Shown: piece after piece, positions 35,602-36,389 of the stretch
Position numbering within the stretch: position 1 is the first letter of the stretch
Layout: the number at the start of each line of letters is the position of its first letter
Virus record (IMG/VR): IMGVR_UViG_3300037458_001531
Span: 1 to 36,389 of that record
Source of the DNA: a virus
Lineage: Duplodnaviria; Caudoviricetes
Strand: one strand, 5' to 3'
DNA length: 36,389 bases
Program-made: the position numbers and the translations under genes
The notes under the pieces: model-generated
What the model saw: only the letters and a program-made list of their open reading frames with translations
The model's database searches: none
What the model was told of the DNA's origin: nothing

Positions 35602-35798
35602 GGTTTGTCCTCACCAACGTGAAAATCATGGTCGCCGCAATCACATTCTTGCTTGTATCCAGCGCAACAGTCCTCTCCGATTTGCCCGCATGGAGCAAGA
35701 TCATCGACTAAGCAAGCGCATTCGTTTGGTGAGTACAGGCCGTCGAACCCGTGCGCTGTCAAATACTGCTGAACGATCTTGATTACCGTTATGCTCAT
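35598..35798 (-). CDS. Small Cys-rich protein, 66 aa (MSITVIKIV...)
   Basis: YL...GFDGLY...ECAC..DDLAPCG....C..GY pattern; ATGA coupling. Confidence 0.7.
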   Translation of the reverse strand: MSITVIKIVQQYLTAHGFDGLYSPNECACLVDDLAPCGQIGEDCCAGYKQECDCGDHDFHVGEDKP

Positions 35799-36001
35799 GG
35801 CTTGCCCCTGAGAAGTTCGTCGGCGCGGCGCATGATCCAGTTGACTCCCTCGCTTCGGCAATCAGCGTTCCTTGCGCGCTCAATCTCAACGCGTTCGTCC
35901 ACCGCCTGCGAGACAGCGATGGCGCGGCGGATTTCGTTTGGGTGCATCTCGTCTAGGCTCGCGCCCATTCCATAGTTGTCGAACCGCTCAAGCAGCGTCA
36001 T
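35795..36001 (-). CDS. Hypothetical protein, 68 aa
   Basis: AAGGAG SD, ATGA coupling. Confidence 0.6.
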   Translation of the reverse strand: MTLLERFDNYGMGASLDEMHPNEIRRAIAVSQAVDERVEIERARNADCRSEGVNWIMRRADELLRGKP

Positions 36002-36389
36002 AGCTTCTCCTTGCCGAGCGCGGCGTCGATTTCATTGCACAACTCGACAATGGCTGTGCCGCCCGAGACTTCATATGTCTGGTAGTCGGAGTATTTGGTT
36101 GTTTCCGGTCCGAGGTACAGTCTCGCTCTTTTAAGCAACTCCCGCAGCGCATCGCGCTCCGCAATCAACTCACGTTCTCGCTGTTCGGCGTCGCGTCTTG
36201 CGCTCTTGTCGTCGCACAATTCGCAGTAAAGGAACTCGCCTGTCTCTGCCGAGTTGATTGCAAGCGACGCCGGGTGCCCGCATGGCAGTGCCGATTCAGG
36301 ACGGCCTAAGTCGGCCTTCGGCTCGTCCCATCCTCTTTCCAGCAGCGCATCGCGCTCAGCGCGCAAAGCCATCTCGCGGTCAACGGCTT
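35998..36389 (-). CDS. Hypothetical coiled-coil protein, probably 5'-truncated by the window
   Basis: Repeated AERDAL, PCGH...CELC metal-binding pattern; frame open to the window edge. Confidence 0.6.
   Translation of the reverse strand, partial: AVDREMALRAERDALLERGWDEPKADLGRPESALPCGHPASLAINSAETGEFLYCELCDDKSARRDAEQRERELIAERDALRELLKRARLYLGPETTKYSDYQTYEVSGGTAIVELCNEIDAALGKEKL

Noticed and set aside
1-36389. CRISPR arrays, tRNA/rRNA genes, integrase, transposase, reverse transcriptase/DGR, stop-codon reassignment
   Set aside because: None recognisable by eye; genes are intact under the standard code and TGA, TAG and TAA are all used as stops. A tRNAscan/Infernal run would be needed to exclude small RNAs

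Overview
The window is a GC-rich tailed-phage (siphovirus-type) genome segment with essentially all genes on the minus strand. Read in transcription order (right to left) it contains: an array of small translationally coupled genes, a strong terminator, an HNH nuclease, a repeat-rich spacer, terminase small and large subunits, a ~10 kb block of about 17 membrane, fibre-like and accessory genes inserted between terL and portal, then portal, a 1553-aa protein, scaffold, major capsid, head-tail joining proteins, major tail protein, a lambda G/GT-type frameshifting chaperone pair and a ~3000-aa tape measure protein. Two observations stand out. (1) The 1553-aa protein in the minor-head slot is a MuF/SPP1-gp7 head-morphogenesis domain fused to an apparently intact T7-like single-subunit RNA polymerase, i.e. 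a candidate capsid-packaged, DNA-co-ejected RNA polymerase in a siphovirus. (2) Two small Ala/Gln/Asn-rich genes at 27.5-28.1 kb resemble RebB (R-body) proteins, suggesting a phage-borne Reb-like locus among the late genes. All family assignments come from motif recognition by eye and synteny; no database search was run.
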